63,040 nucleotides of DNA, filler included, from Lenisia limosa (GCA_001655205.1; 13 parts of 13 records of this genome joined end to end with filler, not necessarily neighbours in it); one strand, 5' to 3'. Shown: positions 26,101 to 40,675, numbered from the whole stretch's first letter. A program made the numbers and translations. Notes: a model not told the origin generated them from the sequence alone.

Positions 26101-27699
26101 TAAACCCGAAAAATTACTCATCCATAAATGAGTTGGGATTGTTTTTGCGTCTATAATTAAAACATAAAGTACACATAAAGTGTAAAATATGACATTATAT
26201 TTTATGTCCTATGTTTTTATGATCGTAGTTTTTGTTGTATATTTTATGTTATTTCAAATTATTGGACAGAAAGTTCCTTGATTAACGGGTTAGTTCATGC
26301 TTGACCAAATCACTTCAAACCTTGGGTTCTCCCTCTCTGCCATGAAGAACTATGCGGACGTCATTCTACCGATTAATACCCTTGATGGTTGGTTGGGAGG
26401 TCTTGTGGGGAGAGTGTGTAGCTTTTTGGAGAAAGTCACCGTTTGGATAAGGGTACCGTCAAATGGTGTGTTTGTTATACATTGGGCTTTGCCAAAGTAA
26501 TTGAGTGAATAGGGCTTCTATACGGAGACTTTTTTTTCGAGAAATACTCTCATTGTATCGAAAGCTTATTTTAACCTCATTGTATCTCCTTTCAGCCAGC
26601 TATTCATGCCAACTCGACCCCCTTAAGAAGCACATTTTCCACACTTCTGCCCTTGCAGCAGCGGCTGTCGACTCTCTCACTATCCCAGCCAGGTTTGTTA
26701 TCCTAAAGATTGAAGGGTGGACTATCCTAAATGATTGAAGGGTGGACTATCCTAAATGATTGAAAAAACTGACCAAATGTACTGCTTTTATCCACCCACC
26801 TAACACCTTAGAAACGGGTTCAGAATGTCGAACTTAGCCGCACTCCTCGTCCCTCAGCCCTCCACCCCTATCGCAATTGTGGCGCACGCGCTTGGCCTGC
26901 CTGTCAACTGCCTTCAAGTGGGGTGTCAGATGAGGGAATTGTCATGTAGTATATTATTTTTGTTTATTACTCACAGCCCCCGGCCGTGTCATTACCACCC
27001 CTTCTGAAGAACGGTCTTTGGAACTCCCCAATTATGGCCCCGCTTCTCAGGGGTGTTGAAGAGGTACGGATGGAATGAATGTAACTCCGAAAGAGAATTC
27101 AAGGATTGGAATCAGTATCCTTTCAAGCTCGCATATCAGTACATATAGTATGTATATAATGTACTATATCATATGAATGATATATATTCGTCAAAAAGAC
27201 GGAAACTTTTCAATGAAGCTCCGAATGATTTACCATTCAGCCTGAAGAATCATCAGTGTTTGCCAGTTATACCGCGTGTCGAGGTATCGACACCCTCATA
27301 AACAACTTCCATGTTTCTGAGACCAAAAAGAGAAAAGTTGTGGGGAAAACGAACTGGAGACCAAATATGCGTTTTAGCTAAAGGGCCCTACTTCAACACA
27401 AGATTTGTATCCTAATAAGGATTGTCTTTTCTCGCTATTCGCCTTTTTAATTCTCTTTGCGATATTATATGATATGATTTGATCCAAATATTATGCATAG
27501 TGAATCCAGCTTCACAGACAATCAAGTACTGTTTGAAACCCTTTTGTCTCTGTTAATTTACCAATACAACGTTATCCCCATTGTTGTACTCAAGGCTTAG
27601 GAAGCCGCGGTGGAGCGAAACCTCAATACCGACTTGAAGTCGACGAGAGAAGCCTTCGAGAAGAGCGTTGTCATGCCCAAAGACAAGCGGGCTGTTATG
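23179..27699 (+). CDS. MSTO1: Misato/DML1 tubulin-like protein, 3'-truncated
   Basis: MSGGGEMVTLQLGHYANF; TYVPRALVYDLKG|SLGG; TLWSDYLRSYYHHRS; EDQVRYFAEECNRLD...DG|FGGF; HTSALAAAAVDSLTIPAR. Confidence 0.87.
24988..25094. mobile_element. hAT-type MITE, TIR class A
   Basis: TIRs as above; flanks GGTATAAA/GGTATAAC. Confidence 0.88.
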
Positions 27700-27875
27700 N
27701 NNNNNNNNNNNNNNNNNNNNNNNNNNNNNNNNNNNNNNNNNNNTTAATTAATTAANNNNNNNNNNNNNNNNNNNNNNNNNNNNNNNNNNNNNNNNNNNNA
27801 TGTATATGATATCAAAAAAATACATATAATGGACCTGGTTTGGAGTCCTCCTTGAACACACATATGCTCTCGACA

Positions 27876-30800
27876 TACATGGAACGCCTTCGATATTTTT
27901 GAGGTCGTTGGTGTCGATACGCAGCTTCGTCAGCGAAATGAAGGCACTGAGGTTCAATACCCTGATATCCTAGTGTGTCATGTAAGGAATCAACTCGATT
28001 GGAAAGTCCTAAGAGAAAAGAGGATTTTATATGAATATAATTTCCCCCAATCATCTCCACAAGAGAAGAGTGTAAACCCCTCATACTTTGATCTGGTTTT
28101 CACCAACATCCAAAGACGATAAGGCCTCGAGTCCGTCACCCTGTTTCTCCCTCAGCTCTCGGGAGAGGTTGGTGGTCCCCAATCGACATGCCCTTGCCTG
28201 AAGTATGAATGAGGCGGTACTGATTATATTACTAAAAGGTTTGAAAATATTGTAATATTTCATCTTCCTCAATACATATTGTATTAGAGATCAATCTGAC
28301 ATCCTCCTAGTCTCTCTCCCCCCCCCCCCCNNNNNNNNNNNNNNNNNNNNNNNNNNNNNNNNNNNNNNNNNNNNNNNNNNNNNNNNNNATTGGAAAGGTC
28401 AAGGGATGCGTAGTGTGCGAAATGTCCAGCTATACTCTCCCCATCTTCATCCATTGAATTTTTCTGCAATGTGAGAGAGGGTGAGCCACAAAACGGTTAG
28501 TTGCAACCAACTTGTGGATCTTGGAAATCATTGATATCGATAAAGCATATCAGAATCCCCCTACAGAGAGGCACTTGATATCTTTGAAGTTGAGATTAGA
28601 AATGTCCAAAAGCTAAATAGTCAGAAAGGGGAAACACAGAATAGAAACAGAATCCCGAAAAGAAACCCAATACACGCACGAAACACCAAGTCGAATATCC
28701 GTGTTTTCTCTCATACCAAGTCGTTCTTTATTCTAGCCTTGACTCGGTCGAAAGTGAGCAGATTGGTGTAGCGGTCCTTTGCCGCATGTGTGTCACTGCT
28801 GTCCACACAAGTACCTTCAGTGTTGTTATGTGGGTTATATAAAACATAATCAAAGTACGTAACACTGAATACGGCGTCTTTACACACCTCCCTTTTTCCA
28901 TCCTATAGCCCCCTCCCACCGTCAAGAACCTTCAGTCGTTTTATGTGGTAAATGGTGTGCAATCTGGGGGTTGAGAAGAAGTATTAACCTGAAAGAGAAA
29001 ACGAGGGAAATTGAATAATAAAAAAGTAAAAAGTAGGGAGGGAGGAGAACGGAGAAAAAAGAAGAAACCTACAAACACACAGAGATCAAGTGAAAAAGGA
29101 AAGATGTAGGAAACACATGTAAAAAAAAGACCACATACCTGTAGTCCTCTAGGCTGACAAGGGGGTTGCTACTCAGGTCCAAAATCAACAGTCGAGGTAG
29201 TCTAGAGAGTTTTGACACTTCAGACAATCGGCTGATCTGAAAGAGGTTATGTCAACTTTCTAGTGTAAAAACAAGATACTCATCGAGGAGATAGAAATCA
29301 ACTCGGTTTTGAAATTCATACCCATCATACTTTATTATTACTGAGATAAAGCTCGAGTAAACTTGGCAGACGTTCAATTCCGTCCATTGAAGTGAGCTGG
29401 GAAGTGAATATTCTGCATTCAGACTGAAAGAGCAATAAAACCAGACATTTTAATTCCAGGGTAATGATAATGAAAATATACTACGGTACTAGTGTCAACA
29501 GAAAAGATACCACTCACCAAGATAGCAACCCGCCAACTTGGTTATCTTCGAGACTCAGGAGGGTCAAGTGTGAGAGGCCCGTTACTCCGTCAATATGGCT
29601 CAGATTATTGCGGCCCAGCTCCAGCGTTCTTACTACGAATGGTGATCGGAAATATTCCAAAACGCAAATTGTAAAAAACTCCTACATCGTTAGCCCCTTA
29701 AGAACGATATACCAACAAGCGTGTTAGTCCCTCAAGAATGATGTATATTAATAGGCGTATTAGCCCCTCAAGAACGATATTCCAATAGGCGTGTCGGAAA
29801 TGGGGAAAACTAGAGCAGAGAGGGAGAGTTTCGTGAAAATATACAAATAAGTGGAACAACAACCATTCACCACCCCACATTTGTGGCACGAGTGGATACT
29901 GACAGTCGAAGTGATCGCATTATTCTCCAAAATCAGCTCCTCTAATTTGGGCAGGGAGGAGAGACAGTCCAAGGAAGTCAGGTGGTTGTCACTGAGCACC
30001 ACTCGTCGAACATTGATTAGTCTGGGTTGTGAACATCACAAATTGAGAGAAACGATCAAGTCTACAACAGAAGAGGCAGGTATATGGTTCCTCAAGCAAT
30101 CCCCAAGAAATAGCAGCCGAGAAGTGTTGGTTATATAATACATGAATTAGGATATTAAAAACAGGGGTGTGGAATTATTAAGATGAAGATATGATATCAT
30201 ATATATAAATGAGAATAAGATGATATAGTATATAGTATATCATATACTTTATAAATTGAGAATAACAATTCCAAGTACGACATTGGAATTAGATCTTCAC
30301 CCGCCAACTTGAGAAGAGTGGAGGGCTTGCGAATACCCATACCAGTGAGGTCCAAATCAGCCACCTTGAGAGACCAATCGCTGGGGATAACAACACTAAA
30401 GGGTGAGGGGGCTATGAAATGAAAACAGCCAAATGAAGATATTTAAACAGAAAATTCCAATGCAAGGAGCCCCAAATAATATTAGCCCACTTGTCATTGG
30501 CGTCTTTACTGAGGGCGTCCCACATAGTGGGCATAGTCGCCGTCATCATAGAGGTTGGCCGGCGCTGCGGGGGGTGGGGGTGAAATGGAGTAGAATATGG
30601 TAAACAAGTACTTTTATTATTATTAATAATCTCGATTTGTTGGGAAACAAACGAAAGTTCTTCCTAATTATATAGTTGTTTACGTACCTCCCTGGCAACT
30701 TACTTTGGAATAAGCATGCTGGAGAATCATCGAGGGGGTGAGGGAGGATTTGGAGTCACGGAAGGTGAGCTAAAGAGTGAATGGAAAATAGAGAGCTACA

Positions 30801-33800
30801 AATATAAGGGCTAGGTCTGAAACTCTACACTTCGAAGTACTCGTTGCTATCATGATTAAAACCACAAAGTGCCTACTTCAGACTCCATGACAGGGACGTC
30901 ATCAAGTTTTGTGAGGCTCGGTACTCTGGAAAAATAAAAAGATCCACATCAGAAGATAGACTTGTCTCAACAGCTCACCTGCTGATAACAACTTCACGGT
31001 ACTTTTGGGTGGTGAAAAGGGGGTTAAATCTAAAACGTTAATCGGGACTTGAAACAATCATAACATCCAATCAAGAAAAATACTAAAAAACAAAACACTT
31101 GTCTAAGAAATTTAGCTATGTCACCTATCTAAAAAAGTTAACAAAAACCCACAATAAAGAAAGCTGGGTGAGTGCGGGGCAAGTTTTGGAGATGTGTCGT
31201 ACACCATCAACTGTGGCGATTTGGTTGGACGAAAGGTCCAATAGCTAGGAGGTTAGGAATGCATAGCAACTGGAAATAGAATAACCAGATTTCTTTGCAC
31301 AATTCCAAAACGTTTATACATAAACCCCACATACGGAGAGGGAGGGGAAAGATGGGAAGTTGGCAGACTCAAGGGAGTTATTGCTAAAAGGTGAAAGAAC
31401 ACTGGTACCTAAAACACCCCAAAATGACGGAATACATATAAGATGACAATGTATTATAACTCACCTTAGGTCCAAGAAAGTCAAACTGACCAGACCGACA
31501 AGGCCCGAAATGTCTGTCAAATGATTGAACGACAAATCCAGAACCTACAGTGTAAGAATGTCTGGAATTATATACATACTATTCTATGTCATTTAATAAC
31601 ATGTACATGTATGAAAAAAACAAGACTTTCAAATCAGATGGCTAAATGACATCATAAAGCTCCAAATATCAATATGTATTCACCCCCCCCCCTCCCAACG
31701 GTTAATTTGGCCATGCCTGCAGCACAATCCACCATTGGAAACGCGTGACCATGGAGGTCAAGTGAGGTGGCTTCTAAGAGAAAATGAAAATGTTTGTTGA
31801 ATATGCCAATGCATGTTGAATATGTCAATGCATGTTGAATACGTCAGATATTCGCCATTGAAAGAAACATTATTCTATTAAATAAAATAATCATTTAATA
31901 TAAGGGAGTTTATAATGTGATACCCTATCTTTATTACATTATGCGCAAACCTGAAGGAGGGGCACGTCCAAGTATTTGGAGGGTTTTCTGCGAAGTTAAA
32001 ATAGAAACATAATCACATACACACATGTTTGTAATATGATAGGTATCATACAGTGTTGTACGTTCTCTTTGATCGCATTTTTCTGTTATTCAACAGGTTT
32101 TCCATACGGAATCACCACCATATTCCAAAAAAGACAGGATTTTGAAATAATTTGCCATACTCCCCACCGGAGCAAGGGTTCTGAGGGGCTGGATGGAGGG
32201 AACTTTGGGGGCGGTGGTAAGGGCTTTGACAGATTCAGATGTGAGTGTTGACAACTGGCCGGGAAGACTGAATAGTGAGGAGATACTTGAAGATGGTATA
32301 AACATCATTGTGAGCAGTAATTCGAGAGCAATATGAGCATATGATCACTTGGCATTGGGAACAAAGAACATAATGACAGGTGGCGTCAAAATCAGATGTA
32401 GCATTCAGCCAAGCGTACGAGGAGGTGAACATGTTTTTGAGGTACTCCAAGGGTTCTGCGGATAGTTCGCCTATGGGGTGAAAAGGACATTCTAGATTAA
32501 GACTTCATTGTACAAATTTTCAGTCTTTTCAGCACTACAAAGGATCCTGCCGATAATCCCACGCACTTTGCTCGCCGACGGAATAGGTGTAGTCCACAAT
32601 GTACTCCGGCAGCAAGAAATCCGGGGACGATATTGACCATTTCTTTTGGGTAGCATCGGAGGCCTAAATCATTATCAGGCAAAGGATTCCACAATTACTT
32701 CCAAAAGTTCAAACTTTAACATGTTGGCAATCTTAGGGAATGACAATAAAAAACCACAGGTAAAAAAGAAACATTATTTCTCGTAACACCACACAGCCAA
32801 ACCCCCAAGACAAAATGCCAGTAGCAATCCATCCCCCCTTACAACCTTCGCGGTGTAAGTGGCTTCAACAGAGGCGTGCTTGCTGTCGGCTTCAAGCGGT
32901 GGTTGGCAACCTGAGGTCATTGGAGACAATCATTGTGTGAAAAGATATGTAATAGTACGATATATTGATATGTACGTACTACTACATGTGTTAATTTTAT
33001 TATTATTATTCTTTTGAAGAAAGAGAGTATCAATAAAGTAAATAACAATAACTTGAACAGATATTATGAAGAGTTTGAAGGAGCACCGACCTAGACAAGC
33101 CTTGACAACTAAGAGGGATCGTCGGTACGACTTTTGTTTCTGTTCTACACCAAAATAAAGACAGTTTATATTTGTCATAAGCTACGAGCTATATGAGTTG
33201 ATAATTCAAACACTGAGATATGTAACAATTATTGTCGTATAGGAGCTTAACATATTCCTTTTAATAGTTGGCCGTACTCACCAGCGTTCTGAAGGCTCTC
33301 AAGGTCTAGGATGGAGAGCGAGTTGGTCAGCTCAATCACTCCCTACACCATAAAAATTGGACACAAAACAAAACCAAGGCCAAAGATGTGCATCTGATAA
33401 TTGACCATCTTCGAGATTGCAATAAATAATCTATGATTCTTACATTGCTTCCTAATTTGATGCCCTTCTCAATCAGCTCAGACATAGTGGGTGTGGAATA
33501 AGTGGGAAGCTTCTCTTCTTGCTTCCATTCTGAAACATTAGAAAACAACCTGAATTGCACAAAAGGTCCAAATGTCTGCCATTGGACAGCTTAATGCACC
33601 GCCTCCCATTAACAGACCATCGATGGGGTAGAATAGGTACTCTGTCTTGTGCTTGCCTCCTTCTTGTGTCAGGGACTCGAGAGTGGACTGAATGGGTTAT
33701 AAGCCGTGGCAAATTGCCGTGGATTAAAAGGACTGTGATCATTAAAATCGGTTTATAAACAAACATTCCATAAACCCTTCCACATAATACGTAACCCCTC

Positions 33801-36800
33801 ACATCAAACACCAGACGAAGGGCTCGGTTGTGAATTCGATAAACGTTGTGCATTTGAAGGGAGGTGACGTTGACTGGTGCAAAATCCTAGTGAGGGGGTG
33901 TGAACAAAGGGAATTTAGTGAAGAATTGAATGGGGGAGTATTGTTATTGACATTAGGAAAAAAAGAAATCATTTTGCTTTCTTCAGCAATGGCCGATCCT
34001 ATTTTTATACCCACTGACTTGGGCGAAGAAACGAGACTCCACGAGCTCAAGACATGATTTCCTCCACAAGTCTCCAGGGGATCCTAAAACATAAATAAAT
34101 ATCCATCAGATAGTTTGCCATACTTGAACAATGAACAGTTGTTGTGGATTTATGAAGTAATTAATTCCTTATCCTAATTATATTTGTGAAACAGATAAGT
34201 TTAAAACCCACACAAAACCATTTTCCAAACCTTGTTCAAGTCGGACATTGCCGCCGGTTTCTAACTCGGCAATCATTCGGCCACAGATTTCACCTGCATC
34301 ATAAAGTGAGATTGGTGAATTTGAGTGTGTGTGAAGGTATGTTCCACTTGGTGGTATTTGGAACGTCCCCAAAGGATTTCACTTTGGATCTTCACAAAAG
34401 AAGAAATGAAATTGAAGCTTATATCTTTTTTGAGCACCAATGTGTGAATGTATTAAAAAAACAAAGAATGCTGGGTCCCACATACCAGCATGCTGCTTGC
34501 ATGTATACTCCAAATCCCTAAACTCCTAAAAACAGTTAAAGAAAGCAGACATCAAGATTGTGGATATTTGGTTCCTGCACCATTTATCACAATTCTATGA
34601 CACACGATCACCCACTTTGACAGTTTTTAAGTAGGCCGCTTTAGCACTCTTAAGAGACGCCTCGACAATTCGGCGTTTTGTGGTGAGCTCTTCAGTTTCT
34701 TCGATCGTCAGCCCTAAACAGTGTGACAGTCAACGGTTTTGTCAAATTGGTATAGAAATAGGATCCTGTTTACTAATTGAGAATCTATATATACTATATG
34801 TACTGTACTGTGTGAATTGTGGAATTGGATACGAGGTCGCCATTTCAAACACTTTGATTTCAAATTCTATCAATTCACCCAATAGAATATATTTCACTAT
34901 TGCCTATCCAGATTTCCGCTGTCCTTTGTTCGTCAGAATCCAGTCGCAACAGCCCTTCGCCCTAACCTAGTGACTCATCCTCATCATCGTTATCGTCGTA
35001 CGGGGACCCCGATGACTCAAGAAGAATGGGGTCCCGGGGCACCCTGTTGAGCACTGCATCCACCTGGGGTGGTTGTATGATGATTTCTCAAAAAAAAAAT
35101 CCCAAAATTACATTTGTGAATATATATATATACATGTAATATATATATAACAAATCAATCAGGTGAAAACGGAGCTTTTAAACATTTGAAAGCAAGAGGA
35201 CAGTAACTATAACTATTCCTGATATGACATATGATACAATACCACCCTGACCTCTTTCATTTCGTATTTGAGTTTCGAATATATCTGCCCAAGGGACTCG
35301 CTCCTAGGACCATTAGAAACCAAAATAAAAAAGTACGGAATAAAAGGAAAGAAGACCCCCCACTCACGATTCCAAAAGAGCGTCCTTAGCGACAGAGGCG
35401 ATTTTAGTTGCAGATCTCCGGACTGTTTTCATTCGCATATTGTAGTACCTGAAACCGTCATTTGCTACAGATGGTATGTTGTCTGATAGTACATCAAAAA
35501 TGCTGATGTCTGTGTGCTATGATGACCGTATTATTTCTTGTCATACGTATAATAATTATACAAGGAAATACTTCTAATATGATTCGAAAGGCACACGGCC
35601 CACATTTTCTTCTTTATGTAGGTTGACTCAGCGTGCACAACTGCCGAATCCACCACAGCAACTCCGTCGATGGATGACAGGTGCTGCAACTCTGTCAGAC
35701 AAAGGAATTTTAAGTGTCAATATCTGGGGTGACATAAACCGTGTAGATACCAAGATCAAGATCAAGAACAAGAGGAATCTGAGCATTCAAACAATAACAA
35801 CGAGAAGTGACACCAAACGCCCTAATATACCCTGAAATGATAGAGAACGAACGTGTCATAGTTTGACAGGGTGGAGACGGGATTGTCGCCATAGTGAGGA
35901 TCCCTTATCCAGAGGTTGGTGAGAGCAGGCAAGGCTCGGAGGGGGTGAAGGTCTTTGAAGTCTCTCAACGAGTTCGCCGCCAAGTTGACCTCCTGATCAG
36001 GTGACTACCGATCGCAAAAAAACAATCATAAAGTGACTGTATTCGTTGAAACCCAAACCCAAGAGAGCCATTTTGGAATAAGAATCAGCACCAACCCTGA
36101 GGTGCAGTAGATGCTCCATGTTGCCGGTGATTTCTCGGATATTATTACCGGGAAGCGAGAGGGTACATAACGACGTCAAATGTTCTACTCCCGCCAAGGA
36201 CGAAATCTCTGAACAGAGTGAAAAAACGTAAAACGCGTCATTTATCTGAATGAAATTGATTTTAAAGCAAAATTGTTGATCAACCCCCGCAAACTGTTTT
36301 CTCCAGCCCAGAGAATTTTGAGCTGACTCAGTCCTTCGAGGCCCTCCAAAGACGTAATATGGTTCTGATGTCTGTAGCGGTCAAGAAGGTGCTATTGTAA
36401 TGCAGGGGGAACTATGTAGGAATGTGAAATCCAAGAGGGTTGTGTCTAAATGTTTGAGACACATTTATCAAAAGAACTTTGTGATGAAACTAGTTATTTG
36501 ATTTATAAATGTAATCTTTTCTGATTATAAGGAAGAAAAAAGCAATCCACCAACGCATAAACTTCCTTGAGATTAACACAATTCTTCAGTTTAGCGAGGG
36601 AGGTCAATTTGTTGTCGGTTACCCACAGTCTTTCCAGACTCACCAGCGATTCTAAAGTGTTAATGAGTAGTTGGCGTTATTACAGTTTACTGATGATTTA
36701 ATGATAAAGTTAGGAATTAGGATGTACCATATTACTGGGGGAAACAATAACAGTGGATCCGTATAGAGCCAACCGAAACCGGCAAGATCTGTAACGTGGG

Positions 36801-37454
36801 AGTTGATGATAGAGACTTCCTTGACGTAAGGGAAGAACGCTATACACGCTGTTTGGTTAAAACGATCATCAATTATGGATCTGTTGTTTGGGTTCACATT
36901 GCACATGTTCTATGTCAAGGATAGGGACAAATATCAGCTGGAGTAACGGCAATTTCAAATAATAGAGCATTCAATAAATAAGTGCTGTCAATAAAAGTGT
37001 TTTTGGTATTAAGGTCACAGTAACAGAAGACTGTCACACAAGTGAAATTGGTAAATCAGTTTAGTGATCTACGTAGAAACGTTAAAATTTATGACATGTA
37101 TAACGATCAGAGAATAGAACGCTTAAAAAATAGGGGTTAGAAATATCAAATCATATTTTCATTGGATAAAAGCTGTTAAGCCCCTCGTGTAACCCCCCGC
37201 CACCAGTAGAAGGAAAGGAGATCAAGAAGACCTCAAGGAGATTCACTCCATGATAACCGTTGAGGAAAGTCTCTTCAGTCAGGCCATTGAGATCCAGCTG
37301 ATGGTTATGATAAGAGTGCTATTAAACAAAGCCAAGAGAGCAGTGGGAGGTGCATTCATACCAAAATAGGAACGGAAGGGTCATTTTTGAGAGCCTCTTT
37401 TCGGCGTTCGCTGTCACCAGCAGAACTTCCTTGAATGTAGACGGTATCTGGCAT
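27876..37454 (-). CDS. LRRC9: Leucine-rich repeat protein 9 homolog, 3'-truncated
   Basis: LDLNGLTEETF...LLE; FFPYVKEVSII; LERLWVTDNKL; EVNLAANSLRDFKDL...DPHYGDNPVSTLSNYDTFVLYH; GSPGDLWRKSCLELVESRF; VYRIHNRALRLVF; QKKWSISSPDFLLPEYIVDYTY; LLILDLSSNPL...DYR. The order matches LRRC9 (LRRs, central PARP-like region, more LRRs). The start codon is uncertain. Confidence 0.82.
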
Positions 37455-37971
37455 TCTACTTGGTCCCTGAGAGGCCTACATTTACAGACAAAATTCCTTT
37501 ACGTTTACTAGAACCGATTAAAAACCTCTGCTATGATTGCCTTTAGGAATATCAGTACTATATCTGCAACAAGAATGTCTAATAAGATATTAGATTTAGC
37601 AAAGCAAAAATGAATGAACTAGAGATGAATTATTATACTAGGGGTACCTCTGTCCCTGTAGTTTTACCTTTGATACTACCAGTTACAAAGTTAAAATTTG
37701 CATACACATGAAACTGATTCCTTTACAATTACTTTACTAAAACAACAAAACAAATATACACAGAATATACATTACCATCAACAGAGGGACTGCGACTACA
37801 TTCACATTTGTGATAACAGAAGTTGTAGCAATCGTATTCAAATGACCGCCTAATTGTCTTCATTCTCAGCAGCATTCTGAGAAATTAGATTCTGTTTGTG
37901 ATAATGTCAGACAATGGGTATTGAGTATTCCTTTTCCTGTTTCAATAGACAGTCAAACCAATAACTATTGA

Positions 37972-38110
37972 TTGCGTGACACAGAATAATCCGACCTTTT
38001 GGATTGTGTGGATCTGGACGTCCTTCTCATTCTCCATTCCTTCGAGTTGGTTGGGTGTAAGGAAGAAGAACTGACAATGTAGCCGCAGCCCAAACTCCTT
38101 CAGCATATGC
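37972..38110 (-). CDS. Isolated exon of an unidentified gene (or an LRRC9 upstream exon)
   Basis: ccccag|...LHMLKEFGLRLHCQFFFLTPNQLEGMENEKDVQIHTIQK|gtcgga; boundaries are approximate. Confidence 0.35.
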
Positions 38111-38375
38111 AACCTGGGGGAGGGGGTGAGAAGTGAAGGAAACTTCGATGAAAAAACTGTGAAAGGAATTTCCCTCAAAAAAACAAAACAAATTAACATT
38201 CTGCAAAAGCCATTAGCCCACGTTTTCTTTCTGTGCACATCATCCATGAACACATCGAATTCGTCAGCACAGCGGNNNNNNNNNNNNNNNNNNNNNNNNN
38301 NNNNNNNNNNNNNNNNNNNTTAATTAATTAANNNNNNNNNNNNNNNNNNNNNNNNNNNNNNNNNNNNNNNNNNNN

Positions 38376-39392
38376 GGGCAGTTTCCTAGGGGGGGGGGGG
38401 AGTAAAGGTAAAATTGAAAATTGTAAGAAACAAAGAAGCCCAAATTCGCATCCCATCACTCCAGCGTACGTAAAAATAAATTATTTTTAAAACGGGAGCA
38501 GTGACAAAATAATTTACCCTTACCATGAGTCTTTCGGAAATAGTTTGCAGACATGAGATAGAGGAATCCTCCGATACACTAAAACAGTGGATACAACGGT
38601 AAGAGAAAGAATACAAACAGGGTTTCTTTTTAAGTTTACCTTTAAGAAAAGACCTGACCTACCTGTAAAACAGTTCCAGTGTAATCTTTAGCCGCGAACG
38701 ATATGGCACTTGCAAGGAATATAAGAATTCCACTCCATTTGAAGATGGGATGCGTGGCTCCTTGGTGTTGCTTCTGTTGACATTAATTTTCGCATTGAGA
38801 GTTCCGCTGAATATGTACAAATTGCTATCATAAGGGGGAGGGGGACAGAATACATGTACTTTATGTCAACTCGAAAGAAAGACCATTTGCAAACAAGCTC
38901 TGCAGTTCAAAAATATGACAAAACCGGACAAAATAAAACTGAGAAAAACAGACCTCAAATGAAACAAACATGGACTATGTTGAAATGGGGAAAATTTCCG
39001 TTTGTATTTCAATTTCAACTTTGAAGAAGAAGTGCTTAATATGAAAACAATTACAGATCCAAAGGAATGTGTCGAACGGGCCAAAAAATAACTTTCACAA
39101 ACAGTACCACAAAACCCACATTAACAAAGAGGATAAAGTCCCTTTCAAGCTTCTCATCAATAAAGGAGTTATCCCAATTGTGGGGTAAGTCCTTTGCACT
39201 GGCAACCTTCTCCCTGATGTCATGAAATTTGTGAGGAAAGGGATAAGAAGGGAAGACCAATACTCACTCGGATTCTCCACCATATGCTTTTCCAGCACTG
39301 TTTGTTAGAAATGAAGGGGCAATAGAGGGGGCCGGAGTACTGGGTTTCGACAACGGATGATGATGAGACTTCAACTGATGAGTACGGTTCAT
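38376..39392 (-). CDS. Membrane protein paralog A (N-terminal exons, truncated)
   Basis: MNRTHQ...SIAPSF...GESE|REKVASAKDLPHNWDNSFIDEKLERDFILFVN|KQHQGATHPIFKWSGILIFLASAISFAAKDYTGTVLQ|CIGGFLYLMSANYFRKTH|. Confidence 0.75.
38386..38478 (-). repeat. Intron-3'-end repeat family, internally deleted copy ending at an acceptor
   Basis: ACGCTGGAGTGATGGGATGCG is joined directly to ATTTGGGCTTC...CAATTTTACC...CCCCCCTAG. Confidence 0.8.
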
Positions 39393-39649
39393 TTTTCTTA
39401 TAAAACTGTACCAATCTTCTTAAAAAAAAATTAACATGAAATTAACATGTGCATACACTCTTGGCTTTTTCGGAACTTCGGAACAACTTCGCGGAACTGA
39501 TTTTGATGTAATAAATACTGGGGCAACTTAGGACCCCAGTTGCATGATAAGCCGTGGATTGCCAACGCGTGGGCACGCGGATAATAATACTTGATAATAA
39601 CAATAGATTAGTTAGAACAAACGAACGAGCAAAGCTGGAGGCCAGGACA

Positions 39650-40675
39650 ATGCACCGACCGCCGATTCAGCAGCACCGTTCACCATTCTCCACTAACCCA
39701 GCGTTGTTCCCCACTCCTGCCGCTTCAATTGCCCCTTCCTTCGCTCCTACACTTGCGGGAATCAAATCGACCGGTCAAGACCCTGAGTACGCCTTGCGCT
39801 TTCCTTTCCTTCGGAACCAGAATATTATTCTTCAGTCTCCTTCATGATATTATTTATTCATACTCATTCAAATTGAATTCAAATGGATGAGAATGCCTTA
39901 TTACTATTTTGAGTGAGGAGTTTCAGTAAATGGGGAGGGGGGTTCGTGAACAATACCCTTCTGCACCTAACTGTGTAGGGGAGAAAAAGTTGTGAGTGCA
40001 AAGGACCTGCCACACTACTGGGACAATGCTTTTGTTGACGAGAAGATTGAAAAAGAATTTATTCTCTTTGTGAATGTGGGTTCCAGTCAAGAAAAGTGCA
40101 TGATACACCTTTTTATTTTTCGCCCTTGTGTTGCATGAGTATCTATACTAAAATCAACAAGGCAAGATAATTTTTTTTTATTATTTTACTGTGACTGGAA
40201 TCAGCGGTCTGTTCATCACCTTCCACAGCCATAGCCTTGTTGATAGTAATGATTCTTAATTATCCCTTTTTTGAAGTCAATTGACTAACCATCTGCAGAA
40301 GCAGCATCAAGGAGCCACACAGCCCATCTTCAAATGGAGCGGTGTTCTCATTGTACTTGCCAGTGCGTTGTCGTTTGCAGCAAAAGACTACTTGGGGACA
40401 GTGCTTCAGGTTTGTGTAAATTGACATGTGACCTCTTGGTCATTGAACAAAGTCTCCGCTGAACTGCAGGAAAATAGTCGGGGAATACATAACTTTGCAT
40501 GATATCTCTTTGAGACCATAGTGAGGAGATAACAATTCTGTTCTTTTTGATTTTTGTCCAAGATGAATACGGATAGCATCCGCATACCCCCCACCCTCAC
40601 ACACACCGTTTTAATTTACATCAGTGCATTGGAGCTGTTCTCTACATAGCAGCGTCAGTATACCTGGGGCGCCGC
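39650..40675 (+). CDS. Membrane protein paralog B (N-terminal exons, truncated)
   Basis: MHRPPIQ...SIAPSF...GQDPE|REKVVSAKDLPHYWDNAFVDEKIEKEFILFVN|KQHQGATQPIFKWSGVLIVLASALSFAAKDYLGTVLQ|CIGAVLYIAASVYLGRRH|. Intron positions are the same as in paralog A. Confidence 0.75.

Noticed and set aside
27113-27125. GTATCCTTT as a U12-type donor (also at about 47358 and 55466)
   Set aside because: None coincides with an exon boundary required by the reconstructed reading frames.
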